Assembly: GCF_006345805.1 (NCBI RefSeq)
Contig: NC_043003.1
Coordinates: forward strand, 43,276,001-43,340,000
Source: Octopus sinensis
Taxonomy: Eukaryota
DNA: 64,000 nt
Direction of reading: 5' to 3'
The notes under the pieces are model-generated. The model saw only the letters and a program-made list of their open reading frames with translations, had not been told where the DNA came from and did not search any database. This document shows, piece after piece, positions 37,461-51,283 of this stretch; position 1 is the first letter of the stretch; each line of letters begins with the position of its first letter. The position numbers and the translations under genes were made by a program.

Positions 37461-38848
37461 TGATATACTGGACAGTGTGGTACGTGATAGATTTAAAATA
37501 ACAGGAAAAAAGATGTACTCGTCTAAATGACAAAGAATACCTAACATGAAGAACAAGATCTACAATATTTAGAATATTGATGTTAACAAATATATACTGT
37601 CTATATATTTACAATGCTTTGTGTTATTTATTTATAACTTTACTACTTGATTTCGAATTTAACAATACTCACAGAAACCTTTATTTCTTTCAGGATTTCA
37701 TATAACAATTAACAGTCAGATAACTATCGACGTCTACATTTTCAACAGTTCCCTTCCTACATAGCTTCCGGATTACAATAAAAATCAATTTCAATATTAA
37801 TAATTGTAGCTTCAGTAATAAACATTACCATAATTTTAATTATTTACCCCGTGTTATAATCATTGTGATAATTAAAAAGATATATAAACAGTATTATTAA
37901 TATTTTATGAGTTATTATATTGTAATAATAATATATTTTATTAGGTATTTGTTAATTAATTCACAACTAAACACTGATACTACAAACTGTCCATTAAAAC
38001 CTCACGTAGGCGTCTTTGTATTAAGCTGTGGCATTCATATCTGGGAGAATATCTCCCTCTTATTTTTATTTTTACAAGATCTTTCTCTCACTTTCACTCA
38101 CCCCTTCTCTCTCTTTGCCACTATGTTCTCCCCCTCACTCACTCTCTTTCTCTCCCTGTCTGTCTGTCTGTCTCGCTCGCTTCCCCCCTCTCTCTCTTTC
38201 TCTCACTTATATTCTTTATTTTTTGCGACCTAAAACATACTTATTTCTTTTTTCATCTACACCATAGAACTATATAATTTTAGAAACCTGTCAATTTCAA
38301 AGTTGGTTTGCACGTCATTTCTTTCACCAGATTCTTTAGCGTTGTCCTTTTTTCCTTTTTTTTTCTTCTTTCTTGACCATTCCGTCTTAACATTTTGTTA
38401 ATGATATTTCTTCTTGGTATTCTAAACGCATAGATTCTATTTTCTATTCGTGCTCAAGAAGATAAACCTGAAAATAATCTTCCTACCTGATATAAACAAA
38501 CTTAGCCAACTCTTCCAGAAATCACACTCGGCCTTTCAAAACAGAAAGGACGCATTGTATACTATAGTCTTATGATATTCTACAATTTAAATAAAAAAGG
38601 TGAAATGATAATGAATGAAAGACTTTTAGCATCATTGTAGTCAATCAGGACCAAAACATGGCCACACACTCACACACATATTAATAGAAGTGTACGTGTG
38701 CATAGAAACCGTCCAAGATGTCATAAGTTAGGAAAAAATGCACTCGTATATCTGTCAGTACAACGAACATATATATATATATAATATATATATATATATA
38801 TACACATATATATACATAAAAATACATACATATATATACATATATACA

Positions 38849-38901
<53 letters not shown>

Positions 38902-39014
38902 TATACATATATACGTATATATGTATATATCTATATATACATGGATATATGTATATATATATATATATACTATATCATATATATCTTATGGACATTATAG
39001 ATCAAATAAGCACG

Positions 39015-39870
39015 TAAGAGGTCTGATCAATAAGTATCTGGACTGTTGTCATGGTAGCAAATCTAAAACACGCATAGTAAAGCCGCTGGGCAAAAATTGT
39101 ACTTACATGTGCCTTAAGTTTTAAGGATCTACCTCATTTCTGCTGTTTACAACAGTGCTTGCTAGAAAGGTGTGTAGCGTGTGGTTGTCTCATTGACCAT
39201 TATAAAGACAGTTGTCATGGAGATATCTGCTCAGAGGCCCACACAAAGTTACAGAAAATGTATGGGGAGGAGTGTATAAGCCGTACACAAGTTTATGAAG
39301 TGTATGAGCTGTTCAAACGTTTCCAAATGTCCGAAAAAATGTCGATATTGACGAAAGTTCTAAGAGATTCTCAACCAGCAGAACTGAGAAAAACATCACA
39401 GATGTGCTTGCATCTGTGAGGGGAAATCGTCGAATTACCATCCATGAGTTATCAGAGCATGTGCAGTTAAGTCCATTATCACTGAAAAATTGTGTATGAG
39501 ATTGTGCAAAAGTGCTTTCAGCTGACCAAAAGGACACTCAGGTTTCAGTTGACGAAGATCTCTTTGACTGTGTCGAGAACAATGAAAACATTTTGAGAGT
39601 TTGCATAGGCCGCTGAGAAGGTATCACCAAGCTTCAGGCAAAATTTTATGCAGATTCATGCTCAGCTTTCTGTCATAGGCAATGCGAGGACCACACGCTA
39701 CACCCCTTCTTTCCGGTACTGCTGTAAACAGCGAAGGTGAGCTAGAATGTGGAAACTTTGTGCACCTGCACAATAGAGCTGAAGGTCCATCTGTGTCAAG
39801 TGGCTTCACATACGTGCTTTAGCTTCGTTACTATGTCAACAGCCCTCATACACATTGAAAAGACCACGTA
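39015..39870 (+). mobile_element. Internally deleted mariner element with both TIRs
   Basis: The 5' gaggtctgatcaataagtatctggactgttgtcatggtagc matches the inverted 3' gcttcgttactatgtcaacagccctcatacacattgaaaagaccacg. N-terminal HTH remnant LQKMYGEECISRTQVYE..FKRF. Confidence 0.8.
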
Positions 39871-40449
39871 TATGTAGTAAGAAAATTTGTGGACTAAGTT
39901 GAAAAACAAAGCTATTACAAAACTTGCAAGTTCAAACCGTGACCTTAACATCACATCCATATCTGGTGTATCTACATAGAAAAAGGAGGACAAAAACAAA
40001 TTGAGACTTTGATATCTATTTAAATTATAAACCATCTTATGCGAAACTATTCAAAGAGTTGAATAAAAAAGAAACATAAAAACTTCTTTGTTTCCCTATC
40101 CGCAGTGTTTTGTGGAACAACATTTCCTTCATTGCTATATATATTTTTTTTATTTAAAGTTAAAAAGCTACTTTAATATTTATAAAATATTCTTAGTTAT
40201 ATATTTTATTCATAAGCTAACTTCTATTGTGTAGACTAATAACAAAGTTATTTCTCTTTTATAGTTTTCTATCGAGTATAATAGTATAATATTACGATAG
40301 TTATATAGAAGTATATAATCTAATAGATTTAGACGCAACTAAAATACTTAAAAATAAATAATTTCACTCGCATTAAATTTGTAAAAAGATGTTATGAAGT
40401 AAAAGCCTCTGTATTATAGCGAGGCTACACCATCTACTTCCAGCCTTAC

Positions 40450-40466
40450 CAAGTTCACCCACCTTC
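40450..40466 (-). other. Candidate 17-nt micro-exon
   Basis: Minus strand: cttcatcataattttgtctacag|GAAGGTGGGTGAACTTG|gtaagg. Confidence 0.3.
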
Positions 40467-40617
40467 CTGTAGACAAAATTATGATGAAGCCTATGATAAT
40501 ATGTCTATATGATAAATGCTTTTTGGGTATGTTGATAAATGCAATTTGGGTATGTTGATAACCCGGGCACACCTAACCAAGGCATAGATCGATCTACCCT
40601 GTTGTGTTCGAAGCATA

Positions 40618-41434
40618 TATAGAGGGTGCGATGGGTAAATTGTCGACATTTCAAATTTTGAATTTCGCGCATGCACATTGTTTATTTTGGATTTTGTCGG
40701 CTACACAGTATGGTAGGGTCAGTAGGGCACTCTCTGTGAGAAAAGCAGCTGCAGGACACAATTTACTCTGTCAGAAATTAGGAAGCAAAAGAAGCACCAG
40801 TACGATTATTTTAGAGTGTTTGGTTGTCAATCCAAAGACAGTGCAAAGTGAGGACTTGTACTGGGAGAGATATACAGTCAACATTATGATTTTTGGAGTG
40901 ATCTCTAGTGAGATCTTCCCCAACGACCTCAGATTGAGCACGGAAGCCAACATTAAGTGTATGGGGGAAGGCAGTGCTGCCATGGATCAAGAGGGTGGCT
41001 GGTTGAAAACACTATGTCTGTCAATAGAACTCAGCACCATTCCACACAAACAGGAGAACACAATCCACGGCTGAAAGATTATTTCTCCGACTACATCATC
41101 TAACTCACCAGACTGCAACCCACTTCATTATTATGTGTTGGGCGTAGTTGAGCGAGATATCAACAAAATTCCTTATAACACCAAAGATAAACTGAAGACA
41201 AGGATTATAGCAACATTCGCCAACTTAAACTAGTAGACCATCCTGAAATGTTGCAGATGATTCCAAAGTCGTCTGGAAGTTGTATTTGAAGCCAATGACG
41301 ATTTGATTGAATAAATTTTCTCTTTAGTATTTCAAGATATTTTTTATGTAATTTTGGTAAATATATCTGTTAAAATGAAATGTGAATATCATTTTGATTT
41401 TTGCGTAATTTAGACAATAATTTATTCACACACC

Positions 41435-41440
<6 letters not shown>
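40618..41440 (+). mobile_element. DD37D (maT-type) non-autonomous element with TIRs
   Basis: Begins tatagagggtgcgatgggtaaattgtc and ends gacaataatttattcacacaccctgtata. The body is collinear with 16915-17705 (NPLHYYVLGVVERDINKIPYNTKDKLK). Confidence 0.8.
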
Positions 41441-41485
<45 letters not shown>

Positions 41486-41769
41486 TGTGTGTGGGTGTGT
41501 GTGTGTGTGTGTGCTCGCGCGCCCCTGTCACTGTTTGACAAATACACAAAAACACATACGCACACACGGAGACACAGATATACACATTCGCACGCAAACG
41601 CAGGTATATGTGCGCTCGCACACACATACACGCGCGCACATGATTGTGGGGTTGCGTGTGTACGTATATATACATCTGCATTCATCTACGTACGCAGTTA
41701 TGTTTGTGCATATTTATGAGAGAATTTCTTTCAACGTTATTGTTTCACTGTTATTCAATACTTTTCGTC

Positions 41770-42175
41770 AATGGCGGCGAGGTGGCAGAAACGTTAGCAC
41801 GCCGGGCAAAATGCTTAGCAGTATTTCGTCTGTCTTTACGTTCTGAGTTCAAATTCCGCTGAAGTTGACGTAGCTTTTCATCCTTTCGGGGTCGATTAAA
41901 TAAGTACCAGCTACGCATTGGGGTCGATAAAATCGACTTGATCCGTTTGTCCGTCTTTGTTTGTCCCCTCTATGTTTAGCACTTTGTGGGCAATAAAGAA
42001 ATAAGAAACGTTAGGACGCCGGGCAAAATTCTTAGCAGCATCCCGTCTGTCTTAACGTTCTGAGTTCAAATTCCGCTGAGGTCAACTTTGCCTTTCATCC
42101 TTTCGCGGGTCGATAAATTAAGTATCAGTTGCGCACTGGGGTCGATCTAATCGATTGGCTCCCTCCCCAAAATTT
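41770..42175 (+). mobile_element. SINE family A dimer (two head-to-tail monomers)
   Basis: ggcggcgaggtggcagaaacgttagcacgccgggc...gggcaataaagaaataagaaacgttaggacgccgggc...ccctccccaaaatttc. Confidence 0.9.
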
Positions 42176-42719
42176 CTGAAAGAATACATTTCCTCTCTAA
42201 TCCAAGCTAAGCAGAACTTTCTTTAATATCGGTACATGCTCCTTCTAGACACATTATGCGATATACGAAGTTTCTGTTCTTTCAGTCGATACAAAGGCTT
42301 GTTACAGAAATCATGCAAACCTTTCTTCTTATTTTTCTATCAAAAGGATAAGATTTACAGATCATTGATCTCAATGATCAACCTGATATTTTGTTCACGA
42401 CTTTGATATTAAGATTAGTTTCCCATAGAATTTTCCAATACCTATTAATTATTTTATATTGGTTGCGATGTCTACAAAGGCGGTATTATCGAATTTTGTT
42501 TTACCGGACTATGCATTAACCTTCTTTTATATTTTATATTCTGTCGTTGTCATCGTCGTCGTCGTCATCATCATCATCATCATCACAACTATAATCATCT
42601 CGGCTGTTTTATTTGTCTTGCGCTTTCATATTATACAATTGACCGAAGCCGTATGTACTTTGGGTTATGGAGTATACTATTACCTTTCGTATTGCTTTCA
42701 AAGCAATCTAATATTTATA

Positions 42720-43110
42720 CAGTGACCAGCTGTGTTATTTTCTGATATTTGCGTATATGAGAAACTCTTGGAATCTTAGCTAAGTAATACTCAGCAACTT
42801 CAATAATTCTCATGGCTAATGTGATGTTGATTGCTTCTGCAAACGGATTATCATTGTTTCTAAATTCTTCATGTGTGCGGTACCAAACTATTTCTATTAG
42901 AGATTTATTATCATCTGCTGGAACTCAAAATAATATGAAAAGCAATTTCCTTTTCTAATTACCTGCGACCATACTACTCAGTATATGCGACCTGTTGTCT
43001 TTGTTTCATCGGAATGGTGTGTCGTAGAATATAATCAAATTATAATTTTCTAAGTCGTTAGGCCAGTCTTTTCTGATAGCAATTCATAAGGCTGGCATAA
43101 TTTCCATGTC
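42720..43110 (-). mobile_element. Degenerate R4/Dong-like RLE fragment
   Basis: ENYNLIIFYDTPFR..VPADDNKSL..AEYYLAKIPRVSHIRKYQKITQLVT aligns by eye to the RLE region of 22422-23012. Confidence 0.55.
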
Positions 43111-43264
43111 GAGTATATGTTTATTATTATTATATTATTATTATTATTATATTATTATTATTTATTATTATTATTATTATTATATTATTATTATATTATT
43201 ATTTATTATTATATTATTATTATTATTATTATATTATTATTATTATTATTGTTATTATTATTAT

Positions 43265-43460
43265 TATTCAGTAGTTTAATTTTCAAAGCGTGCTTTCACT
43301 TCACTACTGAGCGCAGCTCTGTGTGCCTTAGGTATGTGCTGAGATTTGTTGTGATTATCTGATGGTTACTGTATTGAAAGTGTTCTGCGTAGGATGTCTG
43401 CAGTGCCTAGTAGTGCAATTTATGTATGTTATGTGTCTGTAAGTCCTGGTGTTTTTTGTT
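43265..43460 (-). mobile_element. Extreme 3' fragment of an R4/Dong-like element inside (TAA)n
   Basis: IALLGTADILRRTLSIQ* plus a short 3' UTR running into taataataat. (ATT)n lies on both sides. Confidence 0.75.
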
Positions 43461-43477
43461 ATGTATTTGTGCGAATA

Positions 43478-43522
<45 letters not shown>

Positions 43523-44204
43523 GTATTAGCAATAAAAAAACAATGCCATTAAGTTATTTCTTCACAAAATTTACACATTGTGTAGTTACCCATATCACAC
43601 TATTCATTAGATGTCTTGTGGCAGTTTCCAGTTAAAGCTTTTTCCCCTCGTACCTCAATGAAATTCCTTCGGTCACAGATTTGATTTCTGAGCATTTCTT
43701 CGAAGGTTAATATATTTATTTCTTTTCATCTACTATTTGCAGTCTTCGAACGAATTTGCTGTGTTTTATGAAGTTAATCTCTATCCTTCTTACCAGCCTA
43801 GATAGTAGTAATTTCTTTCTATACCAATATTATCATTCAAACTGCTATAGATATACTCTAACTTCCACATTTAACTTGAATTCACATATTTCCTTCACTG
43901 TCATATATGTATTCTGATACCATTTTCTTGTATCTAAGCAGATGTATGCATGAAGGATACAGAAGGAAGGTCTGATTCATAATTAGTAGGGCTCTAAATC
44001 ATAAGGCTTAGCGGAATCTAGTGAAATATCTTCGCCAGACGGTACACAAAACTATCATTTTCAGACACTTCCGCATTCCGAGGCTCTAAATTGTAACTTA
44101 CTTACATTATACGTTAATCCAGCACTGAAAGCTTGTCTAACATTGATATAACGATGTTAATGTTATACATTCATAATTCTTATGTAAGAGACAATATATT
44201 TATA

Positions 44205-44640
44205 ACGGTTTCAAAGTTTGGCGCAAGGCCAGCAATTTCGTGGGAGGGTTAAATCGATTACATAGGCTGCAGTAACGTAACGAAATGGTTCTTTATAGTA
44301 TCAACCTGGAAAGGATGAAAAACAAAGTCGGAGTTTAAGCTTAAAATGTTAAGACGGACGAAATACCACTTAGCATTTCGCCCGGCATGCCAAGCAATCT
44401 TGCTGCCTTCGTTATATCTGTTATTAATAATACATTTGAAATGGTATAATCGTTCACCCGTTGGACAAATTCGCGTCGTTTTCTTCGGTTCTTTACGTTC
44501 TGTGTCCAAATCCCTCGTAAGTCAACTTTGTATTTTATCATTTCGGAATAGATAAGATGACGTTCCAGCAAAGTATAGGGATTGATGGAATCAACAATTT
44601 GCTCTCACCTTTCAGTTTTGCTGTTCTTGTTCCAAAGTTA
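44205..44640. mobile_element. Two older SINE family A copies, 44205-44400 (-) and 44470-44640 (+)
   Basis: Diverged matches to the family A body in opposite orientations. Confidence 0.65.
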
Positions 44641-45219
44641 TAAAGAAATATGAAATATAAAATTTACTGATTGAGGTTTGAGTATCGCGAAAATGTTGAC
44701 ATCAGACAAAATATTTTGTGGAACAGAAAGCTTGACAAACTTTACTTGGGTTTAGTTGTATTCATCCTCATAGTGAGTTCCAAATATTATCGAATTTGGA
44801 TTTTGCCGTTTATCATTTCAACGAGAAAGATTTAGTACCAGTTATATACAGAGGTAAAACTAAGTCACAACATCGTACTCCCTTTAAACATTCATAATTT
44901 GTGGCAATACTAGATCTTACTACTAAGTGTTACTGCAAACGTGACACAACTATTTTATATCTCTTCACCTTATGTTCATTTTAAAACACTCTACGTAGCT
45001 CCAAGGCTCTTTAACTGATGTCTATTCTTTAGTTATCACTCTTCCCAAGATCCTGCAGGAATATATTTTTTTCTTTCTGCGGTTACATGGGATTTAAAAG
45101 TTGAAACTGATGAACAGTATACTTCGAGTGACATGACATCTCAACTACATACAATACTTAAATAATATCAATTAAATAAGAATGATGTCTATACGGTATG
45201 GTATATAACATATATCATG

Positions 45220-45343
45220 GCTATGATGCTCACCCGCTACTTTTGCGCGTAATTAGAGATGCACATATCGTCAGCCACTAAGGGGCATGCTCAATTGGTT
45301 AAGGCCAAACAACTGACAAACAAATCTTTGGTATTGAGCAGAA

Positions 45344-45350
<7 letters not shown>
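45220..45350 (-). mobile_element. SINE-like family C body fragment
   Basis: gagatgcacatatcgtcagccactaagggg...caaatctttggtattgagcagaatattt is the inverted match to 35350-35480. Confidence 0.75.
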
Positions 45351-45419
<69 letters not shown>

Positions 45420-45685
45420 CGTTCTATGAGGCTTCAAGTTTCGCAGGATTCTAACAGAAACATGTTTCATTTTCAGTACCCACGTTGAACTTGCTCTGTT
45501 TCTCCATTCAGTAATCTAAGCCTAAGTGAAACGGGTTTCTCTTAGAAGCCAGCGAAATTTGAAGTCGCACTGAGTAAAGGCAAACTGTCTTAAACAATAA
45601 TGTTTGCAAGTTCTACTAAATGTGAGTGCATTTTCCTTTTCTTCCAGTTGTCTACTGACTAATATATACATCTACATACACACAC

Positions 45686-45740
<55 letters not shown>

Positions 45741-45760
45741 CATACATAATTACATACATG

Positions 45761-45800
<40 letters not shown>

Positions 45801-46337
45801 ATATAAATGGATGAATGAATTACAGTTAACACGGACATTCAATAAACAGTTACCAGGGTAGCAAAAATTCATGCAAGTCAGAAGGATGTAGCGACTTATT
45901 AAAAGATAGAAACTCGGGGTTAATGTGCAGTAATTTGTATGGTATAATTAAATAAATGGAGTTGAACGAAGGTGTTATTCAAATTATTTCACAATCAACA
46001 TATGTTTCAAAGAGAACATTGGTTTTATTCCAAAGGAATAAACGGTGTAAAATTTTGTAATCTCATCAGGAAATAAAGAGAACCCATCTCAACAACAAGA
46101 CATTATAACAATTCGAATGACTGCGAAAATGATAAACAGAACGTTATTAAGTATTTTTAAAATAACCGTTAGTAGATCTTCCGAACGGAAGAGAAGGGTT
46201 AAAGAAATAATAAGTAGAGAACAAATAAAGAGGGATATATTGGTTGAAAATAATGTTCAAAGGCTTAGACGTAGTTTTCTCTATTGAAGTAAAATGCAAG
46301 GTGAACTAAATGTTCAAACAATACAGTCTGGTATAAA

Positions 46338-46745
46338 TCACTTATAGGAGCTAAAGGCATGTTTCTGCCAGTGCTTACATTTGTAAGATCGCTCTATAAG
46401 TGTGGTAACCAGGTGATTCTTAGAGAAGAGAATATGGAAGTGTTCAGAGTTGCAAATGCTGCAAAACCTTTTGCTCATGTCATAAGGGAAAGAGATGAAC
46501 AGGATGAACCAATCTAAATTAAAATCCTTAATGTTAAATTTACTAAGCCCTGTGCTATTACTTTTACTGCTATCCCTAAATGAAAAATAATGATTGGAAA
46601 TTCTCTTAGATAACTGGGAAGAAGAAGCGCCAATATAGAAATAGACATCGGTACAGGAGGTAAATTTACATTGGTGTATAGACGTCTTAATCTTAGAATT
46701 ATTAGACATAAATTTAATTCTGTTGAGGTTGTCATAAGAGACCAA
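46338..46745 (-). mobile_element. Penelope-like element remnant, GIY-YIG endonuclease
   Basis: IHQCKFTS..YFYIGASSSQLSKRISNHYFSFRDSSKSNSTGLSK...SKRFCSICNSEHFHILF..ERSYKCKH matches the Penelope GIY-YIG pattern (YQC..YIG..R..NH..SF..STELSK..C.LC..EK). Confidence 0.75.
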
Positions 46746-46756
46746 AACTATGTTGT

Positions 46757-46816
<60 letters not shown>

Positions 46817-46882
46817 TTGTATGCGCGAGTGAATGTATGCGAGTGTGCGTGTGTATACATATATATATACACATATATATGC

Positions 46883-46927
<45 letters not shown>

Positions 46928-47426
46928 ATTATATATATAGATATATATATATATACATACATACATACACACATATACACATACATAAATGTAAGATTCA
47001 ATCATTGCGGTGTAGAAATAAGGTGTACTTCATGCAAACCTTATGAAAATGTCAACTTTCAGGCACTATTGAGGTTTATTAAGGAGAAAGGTTGTGGACA
47101 TTTTTCCGTATCGAAGCATGCAAAGCAAAAAAAAATGGTTTATAATTCCATGACGGGCAGCCAGGATTGCCAGGTATTCGAATAAAATACAATAGTTAAG
47201 GAATGGTGGACATAGTACCCGGGCTACATGTTTCGTAGAGAGCGGAACCTCGGAAGTGGTTGATGCCTAATAACGTTGCATACGGGAGGCTACTCTTTAG
47301 GACAAGTGTATTTTCATTAAATGGAATTTGCAGCATCGCAACAAACGGACGATTCGATCAGAATATAAACATCATTTAATCAAGTCAACCTTCGCCTGAG
47401 GTGTAATCTCTAGCATTCAAAACATT

Positions 47427-47473
47427 TGGCTATCTACCACAGTCGAGGTCGACTAGACTGTGGTGGATAGCCA
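47427..47473. repeat. 18-bp hairpin with an 11-nt loop
   Basis: tggctatctaccacagtc-gaggtcgacta-gactgtggtggatagcca (17 Watson-Crick pairs plus one G-T). Confidence 0.85.
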
Positions 47474-47478
47474 TATAT

Positions 47479-47511
<33 letters not shown>

Positions 47512-50062
47512 GCATGTATGTATGTAATTTAAGCTTTCTTTGAGTATACTGATTGAAATATTGAAGATGCCTAAAGCAATTAGATAGTTCTGAAACACAC
47601 TGAAATATTTCTGAAAAATGAATATCTTAATTTTGAAAGACATAGAAAAATATTTGTACATGAACATTCATGAGCAGTGAATGAGACCTAATCACACAAA
47701 GAGGTTTAGGACAACGAAGTAGGCCTGTATGATATCATCTGATATGCTTGAAACTGAAGTCGAACCGACGTCAATCCATTAACGCTTAACCTATTGTCTT
47801 CCAAAAAGACCCACCGGATAATGTGATCCTGAGTTTTCAGAGACGTTAATGGCCTGAACAAGTTTAATGTTAGATGTAACCCATTAAGGCTCGTACGGGG
47901 ATAAGCAACAGCAATAACAAAGAAAGCAATACATTAAGTCGCTTATATAAAAGGTGTGACAATAATCTGCACTCATAAAACCGACAATAAAATGGTATGT
48001 GTCTTATCAGATGAAAATATTCAAACTTCGATAAAACACAAATATATGGCTGTATGAAACAAGGAGAAAGACGTTCAACAGTTATAGACAAACGCACACT
48101 CGCACGCAGACACAAAAAAAAACCATACTCGTTTAGGAATATATTCATATACGTTCATACATCTTGTGGTGAATGCGTATTAATGTATATGTGTTTGAGC
48201 AAATGTGTGTGTCTATTTACGAATGTAATTTCACAGATGCTGAAATTTTGTACGTACACATACAGAAACACATTGATCCATATATACATACGCATTTTAC
48301 ATACATACGCTGGCATTGAAATATACATAGAGTCAAGCACACACTCATACACACACATTTATATATTACGTATAGAAATGTATATAGAACACAACGTTCA
48401 TATATGTAGATATGTGTGTTAGTGTATGTTGGCGTGTGTGTACGTGTGTGCGTGAGTGTATGTGTCTGTGTGTGTGTGTTTGCATGTATACATAGATGCA
48501 CAAATAACACACACATATATTTGCGTGTATATTCATACAGACGGAAATATATGTAATAATATTGGACAAAAAAGCATAAGAACAATTTTGACAAAAAAGA
48601 AAACAAGACAAGCTAAATAATATTTGGAGTGTTTAGCCTGAAGAAGGAAGTTTTATCAATAGCCCGGCCAATGGCTGCCACTGTCAGAATTGCTAACGAG
48701 TTTCCAAATAGTTTCTTATAAAAATAGGAAATTGATTTCTGTCTATGTTGAAGATTGGAGATATTTGTTTGTGTGTTATATATTTTGTGAAGAAAAATAA
48801 CATGAGAAAAATAAAATACATGAAAGAGAAAAAGTAAAATATATAGTAATATACTGAGTATAAAAGAATGATATAAGGAAATAAATATAGTGGATAAAAC
48901 AACAAAATACGTATTACTCCAAATCTCTCAATTCCTGCTCCGTTCCTTTTCAATATGTATGTTTTGAATTTTATTGAAAGCCACAGAGTGAATAAAAAAC
49001 TGAACTTAGGGAATCAAATCTGGTTACCTGTCAGTCTGTATAACTATAAGAAATGGCAGAACTTGTGCTGTGACTTTGTTATGATAGAAGAGCTATTTTC
49101 CAAATGTTTTCCAAACACTCTCGGTCCATTATACTTCTCATGTGAAGTTGGATTCATCGTCAATCTCGACGAGGAGCATTCAGTAGTTAGTTTTACTTAA
49201 TTCCAATTGGAGGAATTAATTTGTATGTCAGAGAATATTCTACAATCGTGTGAAACACTAACACAATTCTCAAGCCGCTGGTGTGATTTCTGAACCAAGC
49301 CTTGACAATTGAATTATTGGAAGAACGAATTACTGGACTAGTATTCTATTCACACACAGATACACGCTACAATCGTAAGGTCATGCTTTCGATTTTCAGC
49401 GGCTCTTTGTGTCCGTGAACATGACACTTTATTTGACATTGCTCCAGTCCCTCGCTTGGCAAGAATGAGTAGTACTTGTGTTTCACAGAGCCAGCATTTT
49501 CACATTCTCTTTCCCGCTGGATCTCACTGAGAACAACGTTAACATTTTATCAGTTAAACTAGCTATATTAGGCCCAAATATTCTACATCTGTCATGTTCA
49601 AACCAGCTATGTCTCACGCTTTCTGTATAGTATCATTCTAAAACATATGGAATTACTACATTCAAATCTGAAAGCAATGACCTAACACATGATTAAATCA
49701 GGTCAATTTGAATAAAACAGCATTATATTTGACAAAGTAATCTGAATGCCAAACGGTTTAGTGTACGTGTGTCTTTGGATTGGTCAGTCCCATGCACGTT
49801 AATTTCACGAGCTGGCTTTCCATTCAGGCAGGACTGTAAATAAATAAAATCTTGTTATCAGTTCGAATATAACAAATTCGAACCCCTAAGAGAGATTTGA
49901 CATTATTTTGTCATGCAGAAAATTTGTCTCTGCGAACTAATTTGGTGCGTTCACACCGATACGTCCACTGCAACAAGTTTTCTCTATCACAAAACAGAGT
50001 AAATGGCTTCCTTACGTGTTCGAACATGCCTCAAACATATTTGATCTGGTAACAAGTTCGTT

Positions 50063-50123
<61 letters not shown>

Positions 50124-51226
50124 CATATCTGTGCGTATGTATGTGTGTATGACATGAGAGAAAGAAAAAAAGGGAATTCATGATATTTCTTTATTAATTA
50201 CTACTATCGTTTGGACACATCGTATATCGGTCCCTTGTAGATGAGATTCTGTACAAGTGGTTGTGGTGTATCATCAGCTGACTTTTCAAAAGGTACCTCG
50301 CTCATTAAGCCCAGTTTCAACTAGATCGTTTATAGTATATTTCGTTTCTTGCCTGCATGAGATCATAGTCTGGAATGATTTGGTATGAAGGACATTTCTC
50401 GTTATTGGTAAAGTCCTATCTAAAATCATAAATAAAATCGTATATAGGAATCAAAACTAAAATACAAAAATATAAATAAGCATATGATGGGCAGGTCAGT
50501 CATGTACTATGCTTGCATTGATAAAATATTCATTTAATAAAGTCATAAAATTATTGGACAAGCAGGTATGAATGAAGAGAGAAAACAGAAAGATGAAATC
50601 CAGCATTTAATTAAATATTGGCTCATATATGCATATACAGAAACACTTTCACTAACGTCAATGCCAACTTAAATGGTCGACTCACTCTTTGTGTTGTATC
50701 ACTTCGTACCATACCTTGGTTATCTTTGAGTGCGAAGGAATTCTTGAAGTAAATCGTGTGGAATTAATATCCACAATATTAAATGACATCAAGTAGTCGA
50801 AGTAAGTGAACGTACTTTAAACGGCATATCATTAGGTTATATCCAAATTTATATATATATATATATATATATATTCGGTTAAGTAATTGAGATTCTAGTG
50901 AATTCTAAAGAATTCACATGAATATGGTCCTTAACTAGGATGCACCGGATATCTATATGGTGTTAGCCATACGACAAGTGGGGTGATTATAAATAGGAAA
51001 AAAGCAACAAGAATGGATTAAAATCTCGGTACGATCGTCTCGTACGAGGACATCTTTAATAAGCTACAAAAAATGCAGTGAATACAGATGGCTCGTACTC
51101 GTCAGCCGAAAACATATCAGAGAATTCCCAAACATCAAAAGGGGTAGATATAAAAGAGGTTGTAGGATTAACTGCATTGAAGAAAGTTCGATTCATGGAG
51201 ATCAGATGAAAGGTTTTAAACCTATA

Positions 51227-51283
<57 letters not shown>

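Noticed and set aside
47225-47265. Second hammerhead near the Penelope remnant (minus strand GAAACATGTA)
   Set aside because: The CUGANGA box is missing and no stem I is evident.
49741-49833. Minus-strand exon after a strong acceptor (attttatttatttacag)
   Set aside because: The sequence cccatgcacgttaatttcacgag looks like part of a dispersed repeat as I recall it, and there is no good donor.
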